Shown here piece by piece: positions 49,851-62,340 of a stretch of DNA of 64,000 bases. Positions within the stretch are counted from its first letter, which is position 1, and the number at the start of each line of letters is the position of its first letter. The notes beneath the pieces were generated by a model. That model made no database searches. It worked only from the letters and a program-made list of their open reading frames with translations, and had not been told where the DNA came from. The DNA comes from Pristiophorus japonicus (Eukaryota), in assembly GCF_044704955.1 (NCBI RefSeq), contig NW_027252668.1, positions 4,464,001-4,528,000 on the forward strand, written 5' to 3'. The translations under genes were made by a program, and so were the position numbers.

Positions 49851-52800
49851 ATTTTATGTGTGAGTATGAGTGTTTCCCTGTATATATCTGTCTCTGGTGT
49901 GAGAGGGTGGGCTGATCCCTGTATATATCTGTCTCTGGTGTGTGAGGGTGGGATTTTCTCTGGAAATATCTATCTCTGGTGTGTGAGGGTGGGCTGATCC
50001 CTGTATATATCTGTCTCTGGTATGTGAGGGTGGGATTTTCTCTGTATATGTCTGTGTCTGGTGTGTGAGGGTGGGATTTTCTCTGTATATATCTGTCTCT
50101 GGGATGTGAGGGTGGGATTTTCCCTCTACATATCTGACTGGTGTGTGAGGGTGGGATTTTCCCTGTATATATCTGTCCCTGGTGTGTGAGGGTGGGATTT
50201 TCTCTGTGCATATCTGTCTCTGGTGTGTGGGAGTGGGATTTTCTCGATATATATCTGTCTCTGGTGTGTGAGGGTGGGATTTTCCCTGTATATATCTGTC
50301 TCTGGTGTGTGAGGGTGGGCTTTTCACTATATATCTGTCTCTGCTATGTGAGGGTGAGATTTTCCCTGTACATATCTGTCACTGGTACGTGATTTTCCCT
50401 GTATATATCTGTCTCTGGTATGAGAGAGTGGGATTTTCTCTCTATATATCTGTCTCTGGTCTGTGTGGGTGGGATTTTCCCTGAAAAACAATCTCTGGTG
50501 TGTGAGGGTGGGATTCTCCCTGTATATAATCGGTCTCTGGTATGTGATGGTGGGATTTTTCCTGTATATATCTGTCTCTGGTGTGTGAGGTTGGGATTTT
50601 CCCTGTATATACCCATCTCTGGTGTGTGAGGGTGGGATTTTCTCTGCATATATCTGTCTCTGGTGTGTGAGGGTGGGTTTTTCCATGTATATATCTGTCT
50701 CTGATGTGTGAGGTTGGGATTTTCCCTGTATATACCCATCTCTGGTCTGTGAGGGTGGGATTTTCCCTGTATATATCTGTCTCTGGTGTGAGGGTGGGAT
50801 TTTCTCTGTATATATCTGTCTAGTATGTGAGGGTCGGATTTTCTCTGTGTATATCTGTCTCTCGTGTGTGAGTGTTGGATTTTCTCGGTATATATCTGTC
50901 TCTGGTGTGTGAGGGTGGGATTTTCCCTGTATATATCTGGCTCTGGTATGTGAGGATGGAATTTTCCCTGTATATTTCTGACTCTGGTGTGTGAGGGTGG
51001 GATTTTCCCTGTTTCTAAACGGTCTCTGGTGTGTGAGGGTGGGATTTTCCCTGTATATATTTGTCTCTGGTGTGTGAGGGTGGGATTTCTCCCTGTATAT
51101 ACCCGTCTCTGGTATGTGAGGGTGGGATTTTCCCTGTATATATCTGTCTCGTGTGTGAGGGTGTGATTTTCTCTGCGTATATCTGTCTCTCGTGTGTGAG
51201 TGTGGGATTTTCTCGGTATATATCTGTCTCTGGTGTGTGAGGGTGGGATTTTCCCTGTATAGTTCTGTCTCTGGTGTGTGAGGGAGGGATTTTCCCTGTA
51301 TATATACATCTCCGTTATGTGAGGGTGGGATTTTCCCTGTACATATCAATCTCTGGTATGTGAGGGTGGAATTTTCCCAGTATATATCTGTCTCTGGTGT
51401 GTGAGGATGGGATTTTCTCTGTTTCGAATCGGTCACTGGTGCATGAGGGTGGGATTTTCCATGCTTATATCTGTCTCTGGTATGTGATTGTGGGATTTGT
51501 CCTGTATGGATCTGTCTCTGGTGTGTGATGGTGGGATTTTCACTATATACACCTGTCTCTGGTGTGTGAGGGTGGGATTTTACCTGTATATATCAATCTC
51601 CAATATGTGAGGGTGGGATTCTCCCTGTATATATCAATCTCTGGTATGTGAGGGTGTTATTTTTCCTGTATATATCTGTCTCTGGTGTGTGAGGGTGGGA
51701 TTTTCCCTGTATATATCTGTCTCTGGTGTGTGGGAGTGGGATTTTCTCGATATATATCTGTCTCTGGTGTGCGAGGGTGGTATATTCCCGGTATAGTTCT
51801 GTCTCTGGTGTGTGAGGGTGGAATTTTCCCTGTATATATCTGTCTCTGGTGTGTGAGGGTTGGGATTTTCTCTGTTTATATCTGTCTCTGGTCTGTTAGG
51901 GTGGGATTTTCCCTCTATAATTCTGTCTCTGATGTGTGAGGGTGGGATTTACCTTGTATATATCTGTCTCTCGTATGTGAGGGTGGAATTTTCCCTGTAT
52001 ATATGTGTCTCTGGTGTGTGAGGGTGGGATTTTCTATGTATATAATCGGTCTCTGGTATTTGAGGGTGGGATTTTCTCTGTGTACATCGATCTCTGGTAT
52101 GTGAGGGAATGATTTTCCCTGTATCTACCTGTCTCTGGTTTGAGAGAGTGGGATTTTCTCAGTGCATATCTGTCTCTGGTCTGTGATGGTGGGTCTTTCC
52201 CTGTATATATGTGTCTCTGGTGTGTGAGGGTGGGATTTTCCCTGTATGTATTTGCCTCTGGTGTGTGAGGGTGGGAATTTCCCTGTATACATCTGTCTCT
52301 GGTGTGTGAGGGTGGGATTTTCTGTGTATATATCTGTCTGGTGTGTGCGGGTGGGATTTTTTCTTTATATATCTGTCTCTGGTCTGTGAGGGTGGGATTT
52401 TCCCTGTATAAATCTGTCTCTGGTGTGTGAGGGTGGGATTTTCCCTGTATGTATCTGTCTCTGGTATGTGAGGGTGGGGTTTTCTATGTATATATCTGTC
52501 TCTGGTATGCGAAGGTGGATTTTCCCTGTATATATCTGTCTCTGGTGTGTGAGGGTGGGATTTTCCCTGAATATGCTGTACTGCAGCCCCAGCTGTTTAC
52601 ATTGTACATTAATGATTTGGACGAGGGGATTAAATGTAGTATCTCCAAATTTGCGGATGACACTAAGTTAGGTGGCAGTGTGAGCTGCGAGGAGGATGCT
52701 ATGAGTCTGCAGAGTGACTTGGATAGGTTAGGTGAGTGGGCAAATGCATGGCAGATGAAGTATAATGTGGATAAATGTGAGTTATCCACTTTGGTGGTAA

Positions 52801-55800
52801 AAACAGAAATACAGACTATTATCTGAATGGTGACAGATTAGGAAAAGGGGAGGTGCAACGAGACCTGGGTGTCATGGTACATCAGTCATTGAAGGTTGGC
52901 ATGCAGGTACAGCAGGCGGTGAAGAAAGCAAATGGCATGTTGGCCTTCATAGCGAGGGGATTTGAGTACAGGGGCAGGGAGGTATTGCTACAGTTGTACA
53001 GGGCCTTGGGAGGTATTGCTACAGTTGTACAGGGCCATATCTGTCTCTGGTTTGTGAAGGTGGGCTTTTCCCTGTATATATCTGGCTCTGGTGAGTGAGG
53101 GTGGGATTTTCCCTGTATATGTCAGTCTCCGGTATGGGAGGGTGGGATTTTCTCTGTACATATCTGTCTCTGGTATGTGAGGGTGGGGTTTTGTCTGTAT
53201 GTATCTGTCTCTGGTATGTGAGGGTGGGATTTTCGCTCTTTGTATCTGTCTGGTGTGTGAGGGTGGTATTATCCCTGTATGTATCTGTCTCTGGTGTGTG
53301 AGGGTGGGATTTTCACTGAATATATCTGTCTCTGGTGTGTGATGGTGGGATTTTCCCTGAATATATCTGTCTCGGGTGTGTGAGGGTGGGATTTGTCCTG
53401 TATGGATCTGTCTCTGGTGTGTGAGGGTGGGATTTTACCTGTATATATACAGTCTCCGATATGTGAGGGTGGGATTCTCCCTGTATATATCAATCTCTGG
53501 TATATGAGGGTGGAATTTTCCCTGTATATATCTGTCTCTGGTGTGTGAGGCTTGGATTTTCCCTGGAAATATCTGCCTCTGGTGTGTGAGGGTGGGATTT
53601 TCCCTGTATATATCTGTCTCTGGGATGTGAGGGTGGGATTTTCTCTGTATATATCTGTCTCTGGTGTGTGAGGGTGAGATTTTCCCTGCCTATATCTGTC
53701 TCTGTTGTGTGAGAGTGGGATTTTCTCTGTATATGTACAGTCTCCAGCATGTGAGGGTGGGATTTTCCCTGTATATATCTGTCTCTGGTGTGTGAGGGTC
53801 GGATTTTCCCTGTATATACCTGTCTCTGGTATGTGAGGGTGGGATTTTCTCTGTCTGTATCTGTCTAGTATGTGAGGGTGAGATTTTCTCTGTGCATATC
53901 TGTCTCTGGTGTGCGGGAGTGGGATTTTCTCGATATATATATGTCTCTGGTGTGTGAGGGTGGGATTTTCCCTGTATATATCCGTCTCTGGTGTGTGAGG
54001 GTGGGCTTTTCTCTGTATATAATCGGTCTCTGGTATGTGAGGGTGGGATTTTCTATGTATATATCTGTCTGGTGTGTAAGGGTGGGATTTATTCTCTATA
54101 TATGGCGCTGCTACTTGAGGGTGGGATTTTCCCAGTATATATCTGTCACTGGTATGTGAAGATGGGATTTTCTCTGTGCATATCTGTCTCTGGTATGTGA
54201 TGGTGGGATGTTCCCTGTACATATCTGTCACTGGTACCAGAGGGTGGGATTTTCCCTCTATATATCTGTCTCTGGTGTGTGAGGTTGGGATTTTCCCTGT
54301 AGATATGCAGTCTCCGGTATTTGAGGGTGGGATTTTCCCTGAATATATCTGTCTCTGGTATGTGAGGGTGGGATTTTCTCTGTATATATCTGTCTCTTGT
54401 GTGTGAGGGAGGGAATTTCTCTGTATAGAATCGGTCTCTGGTGCGTGAGGGTGCGATTTTCCATGCTTATATCTGTCTCTGGTATGTGGGGGTGGGATTT
54501 GTCCTGTATGGATCTGTCTCTGGTGTGTGATGGTGTGATTTTTACTGTATACACCTGTCTCTGGTGTGTGAGGGTGGGATTTGCCCTGTATATATCAATC
54601 TCTGGTATGTGAGGGTGGAATTTTCCCTGTATATATGTGTCTCTGGTGTGTGAGGGTGGGATTTTCTATGTATATAATCGGTCTCTGGTATTTGAGGGTG
54701 GGATTTTCTGTGTGTATATCTGTCTCTGGTATTTGAGGGTGGGATTTTCTCTGTGTATATCTGTCTCTGGTATGTGAGGGTGGGATTTTCTCTCTATATA
54801 TGCCTGTCTCTGGTGTGTGAGGGTGGGATTTTCCCTGTATATATCTGTCACTGGTATGTGAGGGTGGGATTTTCCCTGTATATATCTGTCTGGTGTGTGA
54901 GGGTGGGATTTTCCCTGGATATAACTGTCTCTGGCATGTGAGGGTGGGATTTTCTCTGTGCATATCTGTCTCTGGTCTGTGATGGCGGGACTTTCCCTGT
55001 ATATATCTGTCTCTGATGTGTGAGGGTGGGATTTTCCCTGTATATATCTGTCTGGTGTGTGAGGGTGGGATTTTCCCTGTATATATCTGTCTCTGGTATG
55101 TGAGGGTGGGATTTGTCCTGTATATATCTGTCTCTGGTGTGTGATGGTCGGCTTTTCCCTGTATATATCTGTCTCTCGTATGTGAGGGTGGGATTTTGTC
55201 TGTATGTATCTGTCTCTGGTATGTGAGGGTGGGATTTTCGCTCTTTGTATCTGTCTGGTGTGTGAGGGAGGTATTTTTCCTGTATATTTATATATATAAT
55301 CTCCGGTATGTGAGGGTAGGATTTTCCCTGTATGTATCTGCCTCTGGTGTGTGATGGTGGGATTTTCCCTGAATATATCGGTCTCTGGTGTGTGAGGGCG
55401 GGATTTTCACTGAATATATCTGTCTCGTGTGTGTGAGGGTGGGATTTTTCCTGTATATATCTGTCTCGGGTGTGTGAGAGTTTGATTTTCTCTGTATATA
55501 CCTGTGTCTGGTGTGTGAGGGTGGGATTTTCTCTGTATATATCTGTATCTGGTGTGTGAAGGTGGGATTTTCCATGTATATATCTGTCTCTGGTGTATGA
55601 AGGTGGGATTTTCCCTGTATATATACAGTCTCCGGTATGTGAGAGTGGGATTTTCCCTGTATATATCTGTCTCTGGTGTGTGAGGGTGGGATTTTCCCTG
55701 AATATGCTGTGCTGGGGCCCCAGCTGTTTACATTGTACATTAATGATTTGGACGAGGGGATTAAATGTAGTATCTCCAAATTTGCGGATGACACTAAGTA

Positions 55801-58205
55801 GAGTGGCAGTGTGAGCTGCGAGGAGGATGCTATGAGGCTGCAGAGTGACTTGGATAGGTTAGGTGAGTGGGAAAATGCATGGCAGATGAAGTATAATGTG
55901 GATAAATGTGAGCTTATCCACTTTGGTGGTAAAAACAGAGATACAGACTATTATCTGAATGGTGACAGATTAGGAAAAGAAGAAGTGCAACGAGACCTGG
56001 GTGTCATGGTACATCAGTCATTGAAGGTTGGCATGCAGGTACAGCAGGCGGTGAAGAAAGCAAATGGCATGTTGGCCTTCATAGTGAGGGGTTTTGAGTA
56101 CAGGGACAGGGAGGTTTTGCTACAGTTGTACAGGGCCTTGGGAGGTATTGCTACAGTTGTACAGGGCCATATCTGTCTCTGGTGTGTGAGGGTGGGCTTT
56201 TCCCTGTATATATCTGGCTCTGGTGAGTGAGGGTGGAATTTTCCCTGTATAGGTCTGTCTCTGGTATGTGAGAGTGGGATTTTGTCTGTATGTATCTGTC
56301 TCTGGTATGTGAGGGTGGGATTTTCGCTCTTTGTATCTGTCTGGTGTGTGAGGGTGGTATTTTTCCTGTATATTTATATATATAATCTCCGGTATGTGAT
56401 GGTGGGATTTTCCCTGTATATATCTGTCTCTGGTGTGAGGGTGGGATTTTCCCTGTATATATCTGTCTAGTATGTGAGGTTCGGATTTTCCCTGAATATA
56501 TCTGTCTCTGGTATGTGAGGGTGCGATTTTTCCTGAATATATCTGTATCAGGTGTGTGACGGTGCGATTTTCTCTGCATATATCTGTCTCTGGTGTGTGA
56601 AGGTGGTATTTTCCCTGTATATATCTGTCTCTGGTGTGTGAGGGTGGGATTTTCCCTGAATATGCTGTGCTGGGGCCCCAGCTGTTTACATTGTACATTA
56701 ATGATTTGCACGAGGGGATTAAATGTAGTATCTCCAAATTTGCGGATGACACTAAGTTGGGTGGCAGTGTGAGCTGCGAGGAGGATGCTGTGAGGCTGCA
56801 GAGCGACTTGGATAGGTTAGGTGAGTGGGGAAATGCATGGCAGATGAAGTATAATGTGGATAAATGTGAGGTTATCCACTTTGGTGGTAAAAACAGAGAG
56901 ACAGACTATTATCTGAATGGTGACAGATTAGGAAAAGGGGAGGTGCAATGAGACCTGGGTGTCATGGTACATCAGTCATTGAAGGTTGGCATGCAGGTAC
57001 AGCAGGCGGTTAAGAAAGCAAATGGCATGTTGGCCTTCATAGCGAGGGGATTTGAGTACAGGGGCAGGGAGGTGTTGCTACAGTTGTACTGGGCCTTGGT
57101 GAGGCCACACCTGGAGTATTGTGTACAGTTTTGGTCTCCTAACTTGAGGAAGGACATTCTTGCTATTGAGGGAGTGCAGCGAAGGTTCACCAGACTGATT
57201 CCCGGGATGGCGGGACTGACATATCAAGAAAGACTGGATCAACTGGGCTTGTATTCACTGGAGTTCAGAAGAATGAGAGGGGATCTCATAGAAACGTTTA
57301 AAATTTTGACGGGTTTAAACAGGTTAGATGCAGGAAGAATGTTCCCAATGTTGGGGAAGTCCAGAACCAGGGGTCACAGTCCAAGGATAAGGGGTAATCC
57401 ATTTAGAACTGAGATGAGGAGTAACTTCTTCACCCAGAGAGTGGTGAACCTGTGGAATTCTCTACCACAGAAAGTTGTTGAGTCCAATTCACTAAATATA
57501 TTCAAAAAGGAGTTAGATGTAGTCCTTACTACTCGGGGGATCAAGGGGTATGACGAGAAAGCAGGAATGGGGTACTGAGGTTACATGTTCAGCCATGAAC
57601 TCATTGAATGGCGGTGCAGGCTCGAAGGGCTGAATGGCCGACTCCTGCACCTATTTTCTGTGTTTCTGTATATCTGTCTCTGGTGTGTGAGGGTGGGATT
57701 TTCCCTGAATATAATCGGTCTCTGGTGTGAGAGGGTGGGATTTTCCCTGTGTTTATCGGTCTCTGGTATGTGAGGGTGGGATTTTCCCTGTACATATCTG
57801 TCTCTGGTGTGTGAGGGTGGGATTTTCTCTGTATTTTTCTGTCTCTGGTATGCGAGGGTGGGATTTTCTCAATATATATCTGTCTCTGGTATGTGAGGGT
57901 GGGATTTTCCCTGTATATATCTGTCTCTGGTGTGTGAGGGTGGGATTTTCCCTGTATATATCTGTCTCTGGTATGTGATGGTGGGATTTTCCCTGTATAT
58001 ATCTGTCTAGTATGTGAGGTTCGGATTTTCCCTGAATATATCTGTCTCTGGTATGTGAGGGTGTGATTTTCCCTGAATATATCTGTCTCAGGTGTGTGAG
58101 GGTGCGATTTTCTCTGCATATATCTGTCTCAGGTGTGTGAAGGTGGTATTTTCTCTGTATATATCTGTCTCTGGTGTGTGAGGGTGGGATTTTCCCTGAA
58201 TATGC
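49850..58205. repeat. Homogenised 41-bp satellite (GTGTGAGGGTGGGATTTTCCCTGTATATATCTGTCTCTGGT) with embedded CR1 fragments
   Basis: Clear 41-bp period over about 8 kb; CR1 pieces at about 52577-53036, 55707-56168 and 56666-57668. Confidence 0.96.
56666..57668 (+). mobile_element. CR1 3' fragment, the most complete of four co-amplified copies (fourth at 58206-58501)
   Basis: [24 protein letters not shown] to GEKAGMGY-like end plus UTR; premature TGA at 56949. Confidence 0.92.
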
Positions 58206-58501
58206 AGTGCTGGGGCCCCAGCTGTTTACATTGTACATTAATGATTTGGACGAGGGGATTAAATGTAGTATCTCCAAATTTGCGGATGACACTAAGTTGG
58301 GTGGCAGTGTGAGCTGCGAGGAGGATGCTATCAGGCTGCAGAGTGACTTGGATACGTTAGGTGAGTGGGCAAATGCATGGCAGATGAAGTATAATGTGGA
58401 TAAACGTGAGGTTATCCACTTTGGTGGTAAAAACAGAGAGACAGACTATTATCTGAATGGTGACAGATTAGGAAAAGGGGAGGTGCAATGAGACCTGGGT
58501 G

Positions 58502-59051
58502 TGTGGATATCTGAACGGAATATATGGAATTAAGGACAGTGAAGTAAACGGGATATATGAAAATGTATAAGCCATGGAAGAATAGCTGGGAGAATGTCAG
58601 ATTGCAAATAGTGCAACATCAGCATAGCTAACAGTCTGTCTCAAGGTTTCAAGTCACTAATCCTGCCAATAATATCTAATTGTAACATGAAATACATCTG
58701 CAGAATTGCAAGGTCTCAGTAAATAGTCACACCATTAGATTGAAACATTTAGAGGCAATACTTGAGCTTTCAAGAAGAACATCTCATATAGATTGACTAA
58801 TGAGTGGCTGAGTTAGACTGTCAATCCATTTGTATTTTGTTATCTGATTTCAAAACTGTATAACTGTTAACGCTTTACGATGTAACTTCACCTATCCGTA
58901 GGGAGTGTGTACGCTCTATCCAGAGAGTATATCTTCTGTCTGTTAGGTCTTACTGGCCGGTAATAAAGACTGCTTTGTTCAAAGCACAAGAGGTATTCGA
59001 CTCAGTAATTTTACTGAACCAGATTGAAGTAAAAGAATCCAGGAATTTACA
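58502..59051 (+). mobile_element. 5' LTR of endogenous retrovirus
   Basis: TGTGG...TTACA termini; TATAA about 58859; AATAAA 58962-58967; interrupts a CR1 copy; followed by a PBS. Confidence 0.88.
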
Positions 59052-59053
59052 TT

Positions 59054-59071
59054 TGGTGTCAGAAGTGGGAT
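59054..59071 (+). promoter_or_regulatory. Primer-binding site complementary to tRNA-Leu 3' end
   Basis: TGGTGTCAGAAGTGGGAT is the reverse complement of ATCCCACTTCTGACACCA, the 3' end of vertebrate tRNA-Leu(CAA) as recalled. Confidence 0.88.
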
Positions 59072-60957
59072 CTCAATGGACGACTGCCGAAAACTTGCGA
59101 ATTAAGAGCCAGACTAGCCTTGGACGAGACGAGGGGAAAGTGGCCACTGGAGTGAGTATGATTTCAATACTGCTCCAGTTTCCCCCGGTTTCAAAAGTCT
59201 GAGGAAAGTTTAGCCACTCGCTGGTTCTCAGGTAGTGTCTGAACGAGATCCAGGACATTCTGGTGAATACCTTTCAAACTTAGAATAGGGATAGAGATAG
59301 GGAAATTGTGCGATGACGCAAACCAAGCGCCGACTTGGAAAGATAGTTAGAGCTAGATAGGGATGGATGATCAATCATGGATCCAAAAATAAATAGGAAA
59401 GAAAAGAGACTCTTGTGAATGTCTGTTTAAATGAGAAATGCTTCTGTGATTTTTACTGTAAAAAAAAGCCAGGGAGTTGTGGTTTGTTTTATCTCAAACA
59501 GAATGAAAGTTTGTTTTAACCCTTCGTAGTGTTGTCCTGTATGTGGGAAGTTTAAGAGTGTGAACCTTATTGAATTACGTATATTCGGATGATAAGTTAC
59601 GGAGCCAGGAAATGCACAAAGGATAGGTTTGTTAAAAAAAAGAAAAAATTACATGGTCCCGGTGGTTAAAAAAAAAAGAAAAACTTGTTGAAAGAAAACA
59701 TTCAGAGAAGGCACAGCAAAACAACTGAGATGGATTCAAAAGGATTTTAAAAAAAAAATTATATTAAATAACACGACCTTGAGGCTGGAACAATTGAGAT
59801 AACGAAAAGCAGTCCACAGCCTACGTGCCAGACTTCTCTCTAGTTATACAAAAAAAAGTAACGTACTAAATAGGTGCTGAAAAAAAAAATGTTCTGAGAT
59901 TTTAAATTATGAAAAAAATTCCACTGCAGTAAAAAAAAAAATCACTACTGTCCAGTTGACAGAAAAACTCCATTAAATTAGGGCTTTCATTGACTGATTG
60001 AATTTAAACTGCGCAGTAACGTGAAAGTATAGGGAAATTTGGAAACTGAAAGAAATTAATTGAGGCTCATAAGAAATTAAAATTAGAAAATTAGGCTCAC
60101 AGGAAAAAAAATGGGGATTTAAATAGAGGATAGGTGTTCAACTCAGGTACGACGTCGACCTTGTATATCACTTGGCCCATCTAGGCTCTGATTGAATTTA
60201 AAAAAAAAAACCCCGCAGCAACTCGGAAGGTAGGGCCGACGCGAACGCGCAGCGGCGCAGACGCACAAACAACGCGAGACGCGCAGCAGCGCGAGCGTGC
60301 GGCCGAGAGGAGAAGGGCCGAAGCGAACACGCAGGGAAGCGAACGCGCAGTAAAGCGAACGCGCAGTGACGTAGACGCGCAGTACGTAAACGCGCAGTGA
60401 CGTAGACGCGCAGTGACGCCAACGCGTAGTGACGTAGAGGTGCAGCAACGCGAATCGCAAAAGTCAGTGCTAATGTCAGTAAGTCTTTGTAAGTCTTAAG
60501 TGTTTAGAGTTTTAAGTAAAGTTTTAAGTATTGTAATCGTGCGGCGACACGGGTAAGTGTTAGAAGTCTTTGTCTATCTTGTATTGAAATCGCGTGGCGA
60601 CGCGAACCGTGCGGCGACGCGGGTAAGTGTTAGAAGTCCTTGTTTATCTTTTAAAGTTTTAAGTATCTTAACTCGCGCGGCGACGCGAGCCACGGGTCGA
60701 CGCGGATTGCGCGGCGACGTGAACTGCGAGGCAACGCGGATTGCGCGGCGACGTGAACTGCGAGGCAACGTGGTAGTTTTAGTATCCTAAATCGCGCGGC
60801 GACGTGGGTAAATGTTAGCATTAGTAAAGTTTGGTTATTTGGAGTTAGTTAAAGTCAGTGTTAGTTTCTGTAAAGTCTGTGTCTATTTTTAAGTTTGTTT
60901 AAATTGCACGACGACACGAACGCATAGCGACACAGTAATACGAGGAGCAGCGTGAAA

Positions 60958-62340
60958 ATGGGTAATCTGTTAGATAAAACCACGGATGCGGATAGTCCGC
61001 TACAAAAGTTATGTGAGGAATTCCCTGAAAGAGCTGAAGACTTTAGAAAATTATCAGGAGCCCTGAATAAATTATTGGGAGATGATCAATGGCCTCTAGG
61101 TGGCACTAGAAGCGTAGAGGTAGTAAAAAAAAAGGACAGGGATTGTTAAAAAAAAAATTAATTAAAAGATGCATCACTTCCGTCAAGTTGGCAAACAAAT
61201 GCTATTAAATTAGGACTTGCATTGACAGAGGGAACACATGTTAAAACTGTAGACGTCTTAAAGAAAGAATGTGCGCACAAGAAACTTACTAAGAGATCCT
61301 CTGGGACCTCTAAGAAAAGTATTGATCAACTACGAGTTAAAATGGCTGGCATTGTGTTAACCGAGGCTGATGATGAAATTGATGAGTGGCCACTGACTCA
61401 GCGCCCAACGGCGCCTCCCGCACCCCCTGGCCTCTTGCTCCAGTCCTCTTCCCAACACCCTCCACCTTACACTCCGGCGAGAGGAGTTAGGAACAACCCC
61501 ATACCACCAAAGCAACAAACCCGAACTGACTCCTCATCTTCTGATAGCGATTCAGATCCCCAGTTTACAAGCAATATAGCCGAATGGACCAGATCTCACA
61601 CTCGAAAGGGCAGAACTATATCTCGACATCACAAACAGTCCCGTAAATCTTCTAGTCAATCTATCAGTCCAAGTTGTGAAAGACATAGCAAACACCCCCG
61701 CTGATTGAGACGCAGAACTGTCAAGCAGTCAGACAGCTCCGAAACATCCTCCGACCTAGAAATTATTTCCAAGATCCCAAAGTCCCAACACCAATTCCCT
61801 GTCAGACCAATGCCAAACCCTGATGCACAACAAGCTGCAGACCACCTCTCTATAGATGTCTGTGATCTTCAAACAACTATTTGATTGCTCACGCTATCCG
61901 GACAGATGGAGAGGACAGTTAGATATTATTGGCAGGAAAAGAAAGGGGAGGGGGGAGGTGCACCCCCAACCCGGGTCAAGACTGAATACGTGACTAGAAA
62001 GGAAGAGCCATCTCGGGAGGAAGGATCAATAGAACCGTAGTGTTGCATACAGGATTGGATGGATAAGCAAGGATACGGTTATACTAAACAACCAAATGGC
62101 CCGAGCCCTGCTAATAAACCTCCCTATTGTCCCCGGCATGGTATGGGAAGAGGCCGGGACTGGGTAAGAGGAATTGACTGTTTTAATTGTGGGCAGGAAG
62201 GACATTGGAATAAAAATTGCCCCTACCATCAGGATGGAAAAGGAAGAGGAGGAAGAGGAGGGGGGGGCAAGGGGGGAGAGGAGGATCTTACACTAACTTC
62301 TCCCAGAACAACCCCTTTGGTCAATTGTCCCCCGATTGAC
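60958..62340 (+). pseudogene. gag: ERV gag, frameshifted, most of capsid deleted
   Basis: MGNLL (Gly2), QWPLGGT matrix motif, PTAP and PPPY late motifs, single CFNCGQEGHWNKNC knuckle. Confidence 0.85.

Noticed and set aside
49846-58292. Many His/Thr/Arg-rich ORFs (KSHPHTPETDIYRENPTLTHQRQIY)
   Set aside because: Products of the 41-bp satellite cycling through three frames; not zinc fingers or real genes.
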